A stretch of 64,000 nt of DNA from Candidatus Omnitrophota bacterium (GTDB taxonomy: Bacteria > Omnitrophota > Omnitrophia > Omnitrophales > Aquincolibacteriaceae). Below are positions 40,493 to 49,682 of this stretch, piece by piece. Position 1 is the first letter of the stretch, and each line of letters starts with the position of its first letter. Under the pieces are notes generated by a model. The model saw only the letters and a list, made by a program, of their open reading frames with translations, searched no databases and was not told the origin of the DNA. The translations under genes and the position numbers were made by a program. The DNA lies in contig JBDRCT010000010.1 of assembly GCA_043821445.1 (NCBI GenBank), forward strand, positions 566 through 64,565. Direction: 5' to 3'.

Positions 40493-41511
40493 CGGAAAGA
40501 CCTTTGGGGCCACTTTTGACGAAGCTCCTCCGGGGGACGGACTTGACCGTTTCCGAATCCCGTGAATTCTTCCGCCTGCTTTTCACGGGCGCCGTCCCTT
40601 TTACGAAAGCCAAAAGCTTTCTGCTTCTGCTCGCTAAAAAAGGGGAAACGGCGGACGAGCTCCTCGGTTGTCTGGGGGCGCTCCGGGCCCTGGAAAAACC
40701 GGTCGGGCCCAAGATCCCGGGACTCATGGACACTTGCGGCACCGGAGGTGACGGCCGGAAAACGCTCAACATTTCCACCCTGGTGGCCCTCGTCATCGCG
40801 GGCGCGGGCGGGAAGATCGCCAAGCACGGTAATCGGGCCATCTCCTCCAAGTCCGGAAGCTCCGACCTCATGGAAGCCTTCGGCGTCAAACTCGACGCGG
40901 CCCCACGGAAAATGATCGCTGCGGTCCGACGCCACGGCCTCGGGTATTTTCACGCGCCTTTTTTTCATCCCGTCTTCGCGAAGATGCAGCCCTTGCGCCG
41001 GTCCCTGAAGCGGCCGACCATGCTGAACCTGCTTGGACCTTTGGTGAACCCGATGCGTCTGGACCACCAGCTCGTGGGCGTTTCCGGAAAAGATCGGGTC
41101 CCGCTTTACGCCAAAGTCCTTTCAAAATTGGGCCGGAAAACCGCGCTCGTTTGCCACAGCGACGACGGCATGGACGAGATCTCGACTTCGGTCCCGACCA
41201 CGGTCGCTTGGGTGACGCCGGGCAAAGTGCGGATGTCGGTGATACGGCCCGCAGCCTACGGCCTCAGGAAAGCGTCCGTGAAAGATCTTGCGGTCGATTC
41301 GGTCAAAAAAAGCAAGCTCCGGGCCCAAAAGATCCTGGCCGGAAAAGAAAAAGGGCCCGCGCGCGACACGGTCGTCCTGAACGCCGCCTTCGGGCTTCTC
41401 CTTTGCGGCACGGCGCGTTCCGTCGAAGAGGGCATTACCCTTGCGAGAAAGTCCATCGATTCCGGCAAAGCCCTGAAGGTCCTGGAACAACTTAGGCGAA
41501 TGTCGAACTGA
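40489..41511 (+). CDS. trpD: Anthranilate phosphoribosyltransferase
   Basis: [40 protein letters not shown]; GTG start overlapping the trpG stop. Confidence 0.95.
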   Translation: MTERPLGPLLTKLLRGTDLTVSESREFFRLLFTGAVPFTKAKSFLLLLAKKGETADELLGCLGALRALEKPVGPKIPGLMDTCGTGGDGRKTLNISTLVALVIAGAGGKIAKHGNRAISSKSGSSDLMEAFGVKLDAAPRKMIAAVRRHGLGYFHAPFFHPVFAKMQPLRRSLKRPTMLNLLGPLVNPMRLDHQLVGVSGKDRVPLYAKVLSKLGRKTALVCHSDDGMDEISTSVPTTVAWVTPGKVRMSVIRPAAYGLRKASVKDLAVDSVKKSKLRAQKILAGKEKGPARDTVVLNAAFGLLLCGTARSVEEGITLARKSIDSGKALKVLEQLRRMSN

Positions 41512-41512
41512 T

Positions 41513-42325
41513 ATGATCCTCAACGAGATCCTTCTCCAGAAACGTAAAGACCTCGACGAGCTGAAACAGCGTATGCCGCTCGCGCGTCTCCGCCGCATTA
41601 TTGAAAAGTCCGAGCGGACGAAGCCCCGGTCGTTCCATAACGCGCTCCTGGCCACACAGCACCTCAACATTATCGCCGAGCTCAAAAAGGCGTCGCCTTC
41701 GGAAGGCGTGCTGCGCGAGAATTTTCAGCCTCTCCGCATCGCGAGCCTGTTTGAATACGCCGGCGCTTGTGCGATCTCGGTCATGACGGAACCGCATTTT
41801 TTCAAAGGCCGTCCCAGTTATCTGAAAACCGTGCGCCAAGTCACCAAGCTCCCGCTCCTGCGCAAAGATTTCATTTTTGACCGCTTCCAGCTTTATGAGA
41901 CCGCTCTCTTGGAGGCTGACGCGTTCCTCCTCATCGCTTCGATCCTGAGCGAGGAGGAACTCAAAGACCTGATCGCTCTGGGGAAGGAACTGGGGATGGA
42001 CGCCCTCGTCGAGGTCCATTCGGACGCGGAGCTCAAGAAGGCCGTCGAGGCCGGTGCCGCAATCATCGGGATCAATAACCGGGACCTCAAGACGCTCCAG
42101 GTCGATCCCGAACGCGCCAAGCATCTCATTCCGCACATCCCGAAGGGGATCGCCATCGTGGTGGAAAGCGGCCTTAAGACCCACGACGAGCTCATGATGT
42201 ACAAGAGCCTCGGCGCCAACGCCTTCCTCATCGGCTCCGTCTTGATGAGGTCCAAGGACATCGCCGCGACCCTCCAGCAACTTCTCGGGAAAAAGGACGT
42301 TTCCATCGCGGAGGGGGCCCTATGA
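41513..42325 (+). CDS. trpC: Indole-3-glycerol phosphate synthase
   Basis: IIAELKKASPSEG, ISV.TE..FF.G, LRKDFI, LVEVH, IGINNRDL, V.ESG. Confidence 0.96.
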   Translation: MILNEILLQKRKDLDELKQRMPLARLRRIIEKSERTKPRSFHNALLATQHLNIIAELKKASPSEGVLRENFQPLRIASLFEYAGACAISVMTEPHFFKGRPSYLKTVRQVTKLPLLRKDFIFDRFQLYETALLEADAFLLIASILSEEELKDLIALGKELGMDALVEVHSDAELKKAVEAGAAIIGINNRDLKTLQVDPERAKHLIPHIPKGIAIVVESGLKTHDELMMYKSLGANAFLIGSVLMRSKDIAATLQQLLGKKDVSIAEGAL

Positions 42326-42972
42326 CACGCGTCAAGATCTGCGGCAACACGAATTACGAGAACGCGCGCCTCGCCGCGGACCTCGGGGCGGACTACCTCG
42401 GCTTTATTTTTACGCCCGCCAGCAAGCGTGTGATCACGGTCGGGAAAGCAACGGAGATCCTCGCAAAGCTCCCGGACTTCAAGAACACCGTCGGCGTCTT
42501 TTGCAACCAACCCAAAAAAGAAGTCGCGGCCATCGCCGGGGAACTCCGTCTCAAATGCCTTCAGTTCCACGGCGAAGAGACCGCGCTTTACTGCGATTCT
42601 TTCATGCAGAAGGGTTATGAGGTCATCAAGACCTTTCACGTCAAGGACGCCATGAGCCTGAAACGGATCGGGGAATACAACGTCAGCGCGTTCCTTTTCG
42701 ACACCTTTTCTTCGCATTCCGAGAAGGGCGGCACCGGCATCCCGTTCGACTGGAGCATCATCGAAGACAAACTCTATGTCCACGACAAACTTTTTCTGGC
42801 GGGAGGGCTCAACGCGCTGAACGTCGCGCAGGCGATCGAGAAGGTCCGCCCGTTCGCCGTGGACGTCGCGAGCGGCGTCGAGTCCGCTCCCGGCATCAAA
42901 GACCCTCAACTACTCCGTGCCTTCATCGAGAACGCCAAGGGAGTGAGAGAAGCCCATGAGCGAAAAGCTTGA
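42322..42972 (+). CDS. trpF: Phosphoribosylanthranilate isomerase
   Basis: VKICG.T, GAD.LGFIF...SKR, Q.HG.E, GGTG..FDW, LAGGL...NV, VDVASGVE..PG.KD. Confidence 0.96.
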   Translation: MTRVKICGNTNYENARLAADLGADYLGFIFTPASKRVITVGKATEILAKLPDFKNTVGVFCNQPKKEVAAIAGELRLKCLQFHGEETALYCDSFMQKGYEVIKTFHVKDAMSLKRIGEYNVSAFLFDTFSSHSEKGGTGIPFDWSIIEDKLYVHDKLFLAGGLNALNVAQAIEKVRPFAVDVASGVESAPGIKDPQLLRAFIENAKGVREAHERKA

Positions 42973-44131
42973 TTTCGTCAAACGCTTAAAGACACGCCTC
43001 CCGCAGATCGAAAAAGATTCTCTTTATCTCAAGCTCCTGGAGGCGACCCAGGAAAACCTTCAACTCGCGGAAGTATGCCGGAACCTGGAGGAGGGGATCG
43101 TCATCACGGACGCGAAAGGGTATCCGCTCTTCGTGAATCAGAAGGCCCATGACTGGCTCGGGGGCGCCCGCACGGCAGTCAAACAACCCGTCTGGAACCA
43201 GACCCAGGACCCTTCCTTCGCGGCTTTCCTGAAAGAGAACGTCGTGACCGCCGGGACCCGCACGGTCCATGACCTCGGTATTCTTTCGCCCCGGGAAATG
43301 CAGCTTCGCGTCACGATCTTCCCGCGAGAAGAGGACGGGAAAACAAATTTTGTCATACTCCTTTTGGATATCACCCTGCGCTCGGAGCAGGAATTCGAGG
43401 CCGCCATGCTCTCGCGCATGGAAAGCCTGGTGCGGCTCGCGGGCGGCATTGCCCATGAGATCGGGAACCCCCTGAACGCCATCACGATCCATCTGGAACT
43501 CCTGAAGAAACGCCTGGCCGGGCTTCCCGGCGACAAGCGCAAAGAGATCGCGGGCACCCTGAGCGACATCCAGGATGAGACCCGGAGGCTCGACAAGATC
43601 ATCCGTAATTTTCTCAAAGCCACCCGTAAACCGCCGCTCCGGTTCCGTTTGCATGATCTGAACGAAGTAATCGATGACGCGCTTTCGTTCCTGAAACCCC
43701 AGCTCGACGCCGCAAAGGTCCCCGTGAAATTCTCGAAGGACAAAGGACTGCCCGGATTTCTGATGGACCGGGAGCGCCTCTATTACGCTTTTATGAACCT
43801 TTTCAAGAATGCCCTGGAGGCCATGCCGGGGGGCGGGGCGCTCAAGATCGCGGTAACGCACAAGCAGCATTGCGCCATTGTCACCATCGCGGACACGGGT
43901 TGCGGCATCCCCGAAAAAGACCTCGCCAGGATCTTTGACGTTTATTACACCACGAAACCCGAGGGCGCGGGGTTGGGTCTCATGATGGTCTATGACGCCG
44001 TCGCCGAGCACGGCGGGAAGATCGAGGTCGCGAGCAAACTGGACAAGGGGACCACGTTCAAGATCCTCTTGCCCGTCCGCGAACCCCAGCTCCAGTTACC
44101 CGAGTACAAGTCGCAAGTTTTGGAAAGTTAA
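42956..44131 (+). CDS. Soluble PAS-domain sensor histidine kinase
   Basis: PAS-like EGIVITD..G....VN; H-box AGGIAHEIGNPL; N-box NLFKNALEAM; DTGCGI, F..YYTTK..G.GLGL; no TM segment seen. Confidence 0.92.
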   Translation: MSEKLDFVKRLKTRLPQIEKDSLYLKLLEATQENLQLAEVCRNLEEGIVITDAKGYPLFVNQKAHDWLGGARTAVKQPVWNQTQDPSFAAFLKENVVTAGTRTVHDLGILSPREMQLRVTIFPREEDGKTNFVILLLDITLRSEQEFEAAMLSRMESLVRLAGGIAHEIGNPLNAITIHLELLKKRLAGLPGDKRKEIAGTLSDIQDETRRLDKIIRNFLKATRKPPLRFRLHDLNEVIDDALSFLKPQLDAAKVPVKFSKDKGLPGFLMDRERLYYAFMNLFKNALEAMPGGGALKIAVTHKQHCAIVTIADTGCGIPEKDLARIFDVYYTTKPEGAGLGLMMVYDAVAEHGGKIEVASKLDKGTTFKILLPVREPQLQLPEYKSQVLES

Positions 44132-44133
44132 GA

Positions 44134-44463
44134 GGGAGGAAGTCGAAGGCCGAGCCAGGACTGGGCGTCGTCACCAACGGTTCGTTTTTTCAAGAGGAAG
44201 GAAGAGTATGGCGAACGACGCTCATGAGGCGAAGCGGGCAAGGTGGCCGGGAGACTTTGCCGCCGTCAACGGCGGTTCGTCGTCTCCTGCGGCCGACGCC
44301 CGCCTGCGCTCTCGCGCTTCGACCCTCCGATAGAGGGACCAAGCTCGAAGCGCTCCGAGAGCTGACTTCGTCAAAGTCTCCCGGCCGAGCGAAGCCGAAT
44401 GTGCGAGCGAGAAATTCCTCGCTGGGGAATTTCGAGCATTCGGGAGACATACGGCTTCCTCCC
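44134..44463. other. About 330-nt highly self-complementary intergenic element (candidate structured RNA or MITE)
   Basis: Terminal GGGAGGAAGTCG/CGGCTTCCTCCC pair; perfect 15-bp inverted repeat 44245-44259/44372-44386; several nested hairpins. Confidence 0.6.
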
Positions 44464-44513
44464 GGAATGAAGACTTGCATGCTTTGAATATTGCTTAAAG
44501 GAGATCGATCGCC

Positions 44514-45878
44514 ATGTTTGAAAGTATCCTGCTGGTTGAAGACGACGCGAATTCCAGGAAGGGCCTGACCCAGTTCCTCCAGGGTCTGGACTACGACGTC
44601 ATGACCGCCCAGAACGGCAAGGAGGCCCTCGAAGTTTTCAAAAAAGAGAGCCCCGAGCTTGTGATCTCGGATATCCGGATGCCGGAAATGGACGGTATCG
44701 AGCTCCTGGAATCGATCCGGGCCGTGGCCCCTGCCGCGAAAGTGATCCTCCTCACCGCCTACGGTTCCGTGGAAGACGCGGTCAAGGCCATGAAAAAAGG
44801 GGCCTTCTATTACCTGACCAAGCCCGTCAATCTTGAAGAACTCGAGTTCCTTGTCAAAAAAGCGTTCAGCAGTCATCAGCTCGAAGAAGAGAACCGGGAG
44901 CTCAAGCAGGAACTTTTCAGGGAACGCTACGACTTGGGCCAGTTGATCGCGCAATCTCAGAAAATGAAAGAGCTCCTGAAGACCGTCGATAAGATCGCGG
45001 CCTCCAACGCCTCCGTCCTGATCGAAGGGGAAAGCGGTACCGGCAAAGAGCTCATCGCGAGACGCATCCATGAGCTGAGCCCCCGCCGGCAATATCCTTT
45101 TATCGCGGTGCACTGCGCCGCCTTGACCGACACGCTCCTCGCGAGCGAACTTTTCGGCCACGAAAAAGGCTCCTTCACCGGCGCCACCGAAAGAAAAAAA
45201 GGACGGTTCGAACGCGCGGATCTCGGCAGTCTTTTCTTAGACGAGATCGGGGAGATCACCAAAGACACGCAGGTGAAGCTCCTGCGCGTGCTCCAGGAAG
45301 GCGAGTTCGAGCGCGTGGGCGGGACCAAATCGATCAAAGTCGACGTGCGTCTCATTGCCGCGACCAACAAAACGCTCCTGGACGAGGTCCAGCAGCAACG
45401 GTTCCGTGAAGACCTCTACTACCGCATCAATGTCATCTATCTGAAGGTCCCGCCGCTCCGGGAACGCAAGGAAGACATCGCCCCGCTCGTGCACGCCTTT
45501 ATCCGGCAATACGCGGAACTCAACGCCAAAAAAATTCGCGGGATCGAAAAAGACGCGCTCGCGGCCCTCGAACAGTACGACTGGCCCGGGAATATCCGCG
45601 AGCTGAAGAATATCGTGGAGCGTATGATCGTCCTCAGTTCCTCCGACATGCTGACCCTGGACCAGGTCCCCGAAGATATCCGGCAGGGAAGACCCCCCGC
45701 CGCCGGGGCGGGCTGTAAGGCCCCGCTCCAGGGCATCTCGAAGATCGAGGATGCCGAGCGTGAGCTCATCCAGAAAGCCCTTCAGGAGACCCGCGGCAAC
45801 AAATCCACCGCCGCCGAAAAACTCGGTATTTCCCGACGGACTTTGTATAGGAAACTAGAGGAATACAAGTTAGCCTAG
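44514..45878 (+). CDS. sigma54-dependent NtrC/AtoC-family response regulator
   Basis: Receiver (LLVEDD, SDIRMP.MDG, KP); GESGTGKE, SELFGHEKGSFTGA, LFLDEIGE, FREDLYYR, WPGNIREL; Fis HTH (AAEKLGISRRTLYRKL). Confidence 0.96.
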   Translation: MFESILLVEDDANSRKGLTQFLQGLDYDVMTAQNGKEALEVFKKESPELVISDIRMPEMDGIELLESIRAVAPAAKVILLTAYGSVEDAVKAMKKGAFYYLTKPVNLEELEFLVKKAFSSHQLEEENRELKQELFRERYDLGQLIAQSQKMKELLKTVDKIAASNASVLIEGESGTGKELIARRIHELSPRRQYPFIAVHCAALTDTLLASELFGHEKGSFTGATERKKGRFERADLGSLFLDEIGEITKDTQVKLLRVLQEGEFERVGGTKSIKVDVRLIAATNKTLLDEVQQQRFREDLYYRINVIYLKVPPLRERKEDIAPLVHAFIRQYAELNAKKIRGIEKDALAALEQYDWPGNIRELKNIVERMIVLSSSDMLTLDQVPEDIRQGRPPAAGAGCKAPLQGISKIEDAERELIQKALQETRGNKSTAAEKLGISRRTLYRKLEEYKLA

Positions 45879-46080
45879 CAACAGTGGGTAGGAGCAAAGA
45901 AATTTCTTGAAACCCTTCTCGAAGGGTACTGAAATCGCATTGAGCGACGTCGTAATTTATGCAAAGCATGACATTTCCCAATAGGCAAATATAAGGCTGT
46001 CTTTAAAATTCCCACTGGAGAAACACCCGCTTAGGGTGCTGCGTGCGTTGGGGCTGTAAAGAGAAGATCGGAGATTTCTT

Positions 46081-46461
46081 TTACTTCCTCGGGTGGGAAG
46101 CGACGCATTCACGGATCACAAGCTGGTCTTTTTTCTCCAGATTGAGGAACTCAACGCCTGACTCGTAAAGATCTTTTTCGAGAGACCGGGTGTATCGGAT
46201 CTTGCCCTTTACGGTTATAAGCCGCCGGCGATCGCGGCCATCCTCTTCTTTTTTGTCGGACATCATAAAACTCATTTCAATGGAAGTATCCACAGGGAGC
46301 TCTTTCATGAAAGTCACCATGAGCGCTCCTCCTTCCGAAATATTGGAGATCCGCGTCTGAATGATCCCCGGGCTATTGTCGAGGAAGAACGCCACGTTCG
46401 CCTGGATGTTCACGCGTGCGGATTTCCTGCGGTCCATGGATTCGCTAGATTTTTCCGTCAT
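46081..46461 (-). CDS. Stand-alone PilZ-domain protein (c-di-GMP receptor candidate)
   Basis: DRRKSAR (RxxxR) and NISEGG (N/DxSxxG) motifs, C-terminal GVEF; start uncertain. Confidence 0.85.
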   Translation of the reverse strand: MTEKSSESMDRRKSARVNIQANVAFFLDNSPGIIQTRISNISEGGALMVTFMKELPVDTSIEMSFMMSDKKEEDGRDRRRLITVKGKIRYTRSLEKDLYESGVEFLNLEKKDQLVIRECVASHPRK

Positions 46462-46634
46462 GATTCTCACCTATTTTTATAAACGCTTCGGTCTTTGCGG
46501 GACAAACCCAGATGATAATAGTTGTTTTATCGAACAAAAGCAACCCTTGAACTATGGGGCTTTTCCATGAGCTTATTCCTTTCGATCCACTATGCTAGAA
46601 TGATGCTACACTACGTTGCTGCTCCGCTGATTTT

Positions 46635-46669
46635 GATACCAACGGATGCAACCGGATACTAACGGATAC
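46635..46669. repeat. Degenerate 10-bp tandem repeat (3.5 copies)
   Basis: GATACCAACG GATGCAACCG GATACTAACG GATAC. Confidence 0.6.
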
Positions 46670-46851
46670 AAAAGGGGAGGGGGAGCCGTTCAGAGTTTCC
46701 GGGGACCCCGCAAATGGACCGCTTAGACTTCTACTTAATTCCGTCGCCCGCGACGAAATTGACTCGCATGAAGAGCAGGCGTCCTGCGGGTGGGCAAAAA
46801 ACGCGGCGCCGCGTAAATTGAACGGGGAGAAAAATCAGGTGTCCTACGGGT

Positions 46852-46939
46852 GCCGTCCCAACTCTTATCAATTTCAACAAAGTTGAAATTGGGGCGGTCC
46901 TTGGTACCATTGATCAAAAGAAATGAAAACCAAGGGCCG
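46852..46939 (-). repeat. Double-hairpin dispersed element, copy 3
   Basis: Reverse complement GGACCGCCCCAATTTCAACTTTGTTGAAATTGATAAGAGTTGGGACGGC plus a CGGTCCTTGGT/ACCAAGGGCCG stem with AT-rich loop. Confidence 0.75.
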
Positions 46940-47022
46940 TATATCATATAAGATATATGGATAGAGACGCAAACCACTACCCAAAACGGCCGCCGGCGGC
47001 TGAATTGACCCGGTAGAAAGAT

Positions 47023-48795
47023 ATGAAAACAACCGTCTTTTCTCAAAATAACCTCGGCCAAGCTTCTTCTCCCTACCTGCGGCAGCACAAGGATAATCCG
47101 ATCCACTGGCAGGAGTGGAACCCGGAGACCCTCGACTACGCGAAAAAAAGCGGCAAACTTATTTTTGTTTCGGTCGGGTATGCCACCTGCCACTGGTGCC
47201 ACGTCATGGCCCATGAGACTTTTTCGGACCCGGAAGTCGCCGCTGACTTGAACCGGTATTGCGTCTCGATCAAAGTGGACCGGGAACAGCGGCCCGACAT
47301 CGACCAATACCTCATGTCTTTTTTGACCTCCCTGCAGGGGCAGGGCGGCTGGCCGATCAATGTTTTCCTGACCCCCGATCTGCGGCCGGTTTACGCTTTG
47401 ACCTATGCGCCCCCGGGACCGGCTCACGGGTCGCCCGGTTTTCTTTCTGTTTTGAAGCAGGTCCAAGAATTCTACGAGAAGAACCGGGACCCTTTCGATG
47501 ATTTTACCGCCCCTGCGGCGGTTTTTACGGCGAGACGCGAAAACGAGTTGAGCGCAAGGCTCCGGGAAGGTTTCGACCCGCAATTCGGCGGCTACGGGCA
47601 GGGACAAAAATTCCCGTCTTTTTGCACCCTTCTTTTTATGCTCGCTTACGGGCAAACCGTTCACGACAAGGAATTGCTCCAAATGTGCGAGCAGACCCTG
47701 GACCGGATTTCCCGGGGAGGGCTCCACGACCACCTGCAGGGAGGTTTTTTCCGCTACTGCGTCGACCGGGAGTGGACCCTGCCTCATTTTGAAAAGATGC
47801 TTTACGATCAGGCCCTGGCCCTCTGGACTTATGCCCTGGCGTTCCGGGTCCTCGGGAAGCCGGTTTACAGGAAGATCGCCGAAAAGACCCTCCGTTGCCT
47901 GGACGAGACCTTCGCGGACAACGGCCTTTATGTTTCGGCGCATGACGCGGACACCGGCCACGAAGAAGGGGCGACCTATCTTTGGACGGAAAAAGATCTC
48001 CGGACGCTTTTGACGCCGGAGGAATTCGAGCGTTTTTGTTCGTGTTATCAGGTGAGCGCCGGAGGGAATTTCGAGGGCAAGAACCATCTCCTTAAGAAGG
48101 GGGAAGCTTCGGCGGACGGGATCGAAGAGAAGCTGCTGGCTGAAAGAAAGAAAAGAAAACAACCGGAGACGGATCCAAAGGCCATCACGAGCTGGAACGC
48201 CCTGACCGGGATCGCGCTCGTCCATGCCTACCGTCTCCTGGGGATCAAAGATTGTCTTACCAAAGCGGAAGGGATCGCCCGCGGACTTCTGGACCGGAAT
48301 TTCCGGGAGGGCCGTCTGGCCCACAGCTCCTGCGGAGGAGCGGTGCAAAAGGAAGAATTTTTGCAAGATGTTTCCGGCCTTCTCCTTCTGCTGACCTATT
48401 TACAGGAAGAAAAAAGAACTTATACGGATGAGATCCAGACCTTTTGTCAAAAGCTGTCGGGCTTTAAACGGGGGAAACAGTGGATCGAAGGCCGCTCCGA
48501 GGACTTCAAGGAGGTCGCGGCGGAGATGCTGGACCAGCCGCTCCCTTCCGGGGCTTCGATGGCCGAGTGCGCCCTTGTGCGCGCCGGGATCCTGAGGTCG
48601 GAGGAGATCCTTCCCGGCGATTTCAAAGAGCCCCGGTGGAATGATTTCTTTAACTTGTCCGTATTGATCCGGAACGGTTTTTTTCATATCATCACAACAC
48701 CCGAGCGGCTTCCTTGGGAGACGCTGCCGGTCCTTAGCATCCAGATCGAAGGCGGAACATTCAGCGATTGCTTTCAGGGTACCTGTCATACGTAG
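47023..48795 (+). CDS. Thioredoxin-domain YyaL/SSP411 (DUF255) family protein
   Basis: N.L....SPYLRQH.DNPI.W, GYATCHWCHVMAHETF, IKVDREQRPDID, GGWP, GGFFRY.VD..W..PHFEKMLYDQA. Confidence 0.9.
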   Translation: MKTTVFSQNNLGQASSPYLRQHKDNPIHWQEWNPETLDYAKKSGKLIFVSVGYATCHWCHVMAHETFSDPEVAADLNRYCVSIKVDREQRPDIDQYLMSFLTSLQGQGGWPINVFLTPDLRPVYALTYAPPGPAHGSPGFLSVLKQVQEFYEKNRDPFDDFTAPAAVFTARRENELSARLREGFDPQFGGYGQGQKFPSFCTLLFMLAYGQTVHDKELLQMCEQTLDRISRGGLHDHLQGGFFRYCVDREWTLPHFEKMLYDQALALWTYALAFRVLGKPVYRKIAEKTLRCLDETFADNGLYVSAHDADTGHEEGATYLWTEKDLRTLLTPEEFERFCSCYQVSAGGNFEGKNHLLKKGEASADGIEEKLLAERKKRKQPETDPKAITSWNALTGIALVHAYRLLGIKDCLTKAEGIARGLLDRNFREGRLAHSSCGGAVQKEEFLQDVSGLLLLLTYLQEEKRTYTDEIQTFCQKLSGFKRGKQWIEGRSEDFKEVAAEMLDQPLPSGASMAECALVRAGILRSEEILPGDFKEPRWNDFFNLSVLIRNGFFHIITTPERLPWETLPVLSIQIEGGTFSDCFQGTCHT

Positions 48796-48853
48796 ATCCA
48801 AAGGTAGGCGTTTTGTTGTTCGTATAGGGATCGGGTCCGGGAGGAACTAAAAA

Positions 48854-49462
48854 ATGGAAGAACAGAGAATCCAGGATTGGGAAGCGTTTTACCGGGACCA
48901 GGATGTCGAGACGATGCCCTGGTTCACGCCGGAATTGGACTTTGATTTTGCCGTGGCCTTAAAGAACCTCCGGGTCCGATCGATCCACTCGGGGCATGTG
49001 CTGGACCTCGGCGCCGGTCCGGGGACCCAGGCGATCGCCCTGGCAAGGTTCGGGTTTGACGTGGTCGCGAGCGACATTTCAGGGTCCGCGGTCCGGAAGG
49101 CGGAAGCCCGGGCAAAGAAAGAGGGCGTGGCGATCCGTTTTGTGAAAGACGATATTTTTGCGACCGCTCTTAAAGGTCCTTTCGATATGATCTTCGATCG
49201 CGGGATCTTCCACGTTTTTCCGCCCGAAAAAAGAAACACCTACGTTCAAAACGTCAGCGGCCTGCTTGCGAAGGGCGGCTATCTGATCCTGAAATGTTTC
49301 AGCGACAAGGAGCCTCCCGGAGAAGGTCCTTTCCGGATCTCCGAAGAAGAGATCCGCAACTCCTTCTCTCCGGCCCTTCGGGTCCTGAACATTCGCGCGA
49401 GCTTGTTCAAAGGCGTCCGTCAACCGAACCCTCACGCCCTCTTCTGCATCCTGCAAAAATAA
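48854..49462 (+). CDS. Class I SAM-dependent methyltransferase (TPMT/tellurite-resistance-like)
   Basis: W...Y......PW, VLDLGAGPG, G.D....DIS..A, FD.IFDRG.FH, GG. Confidence 0.88.
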   Translation: MEEQRIQDWEAFYRDQDVETMPWFTPELDFDFAVALKNLRVRSIHSGHVLDLGAGPGTQAIALARFGFDVVASDISGSAVRKAEARAKKEGVAIRFVKDDIFATALKGPFDMIFDRGIFHVFPPEKRNTYVQNVSGLLAKGGYLILKCFSDKEPPGEGPFRISEEEIRNSFSPALRVLNIRASLFKGVRQPNPHALFCILQK

Positions 49463-49507
49463 ATTTTAATCCGGGCTATCTTGCTTTGCCGTTTGGATAC
49501 AAACCCT

Positions 49508-49628
49508 TGCGTCATTATGGCGCACCGGATAGCGCCAATTTTTTAAACGAAAAATGTGTTTTTGTAACCCATTGCAATTAATAGGTTTACAGACAATTAT
49601 TTTTTGGTATGTTGGCATGGTAATTGAT
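49508..49628 (+). promoter_or_regulatory. Putative sigma54 promoter of dnaK with enhancer palindrome and IHF-like site
   Basis: TTGGCATGGTAATTGAT (49612-49628; -24/-12 spacing correct, GA instead of GC); TGCGTCATTATGGCGCA (49508-49524); TAACCCATTGCAA between them. Confidence 0.5.
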
Positions 49629-49682
49629 ATACGTAGAGTGAGACTGTCGTAATGAACGCACCTAACGAAGGGAGAAGCAGCC

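Noticed and set aside
44132-44465. RNase P RNA (GGAGGAAGTC... and ...CGGCTT resemble the P4 strands)
   Set aside because: No exact GAGGAAAGTCC and none of the internal conserved segments were found; the two motifs simply pair as a terminal helix.
44224-44487. 87-aa ORF between the kinase and the response regulator
   Set aside because: Arg/Pro-rich translation of a self-complementary region with no domain; treated as non-coding.
46050-46075. tmRNA or tRNA 5' end (GGGGCTGTAAAG)
   Set aside because: No matching acceptor 3' strand or TTCGA T-loop; the sequence runs into the PilZ gene end.
46940-46965. Second dif-like site (CATATAAGATATATGG)
   Set aside because: Only an AT-rich palindrome; lacks the TTATGT arm and 11-6-11 layout.
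46735-48366. 543-aa minus-strand ORF
   Set aside because: Antisense shadow of the YyaL-like gene; no motifs.
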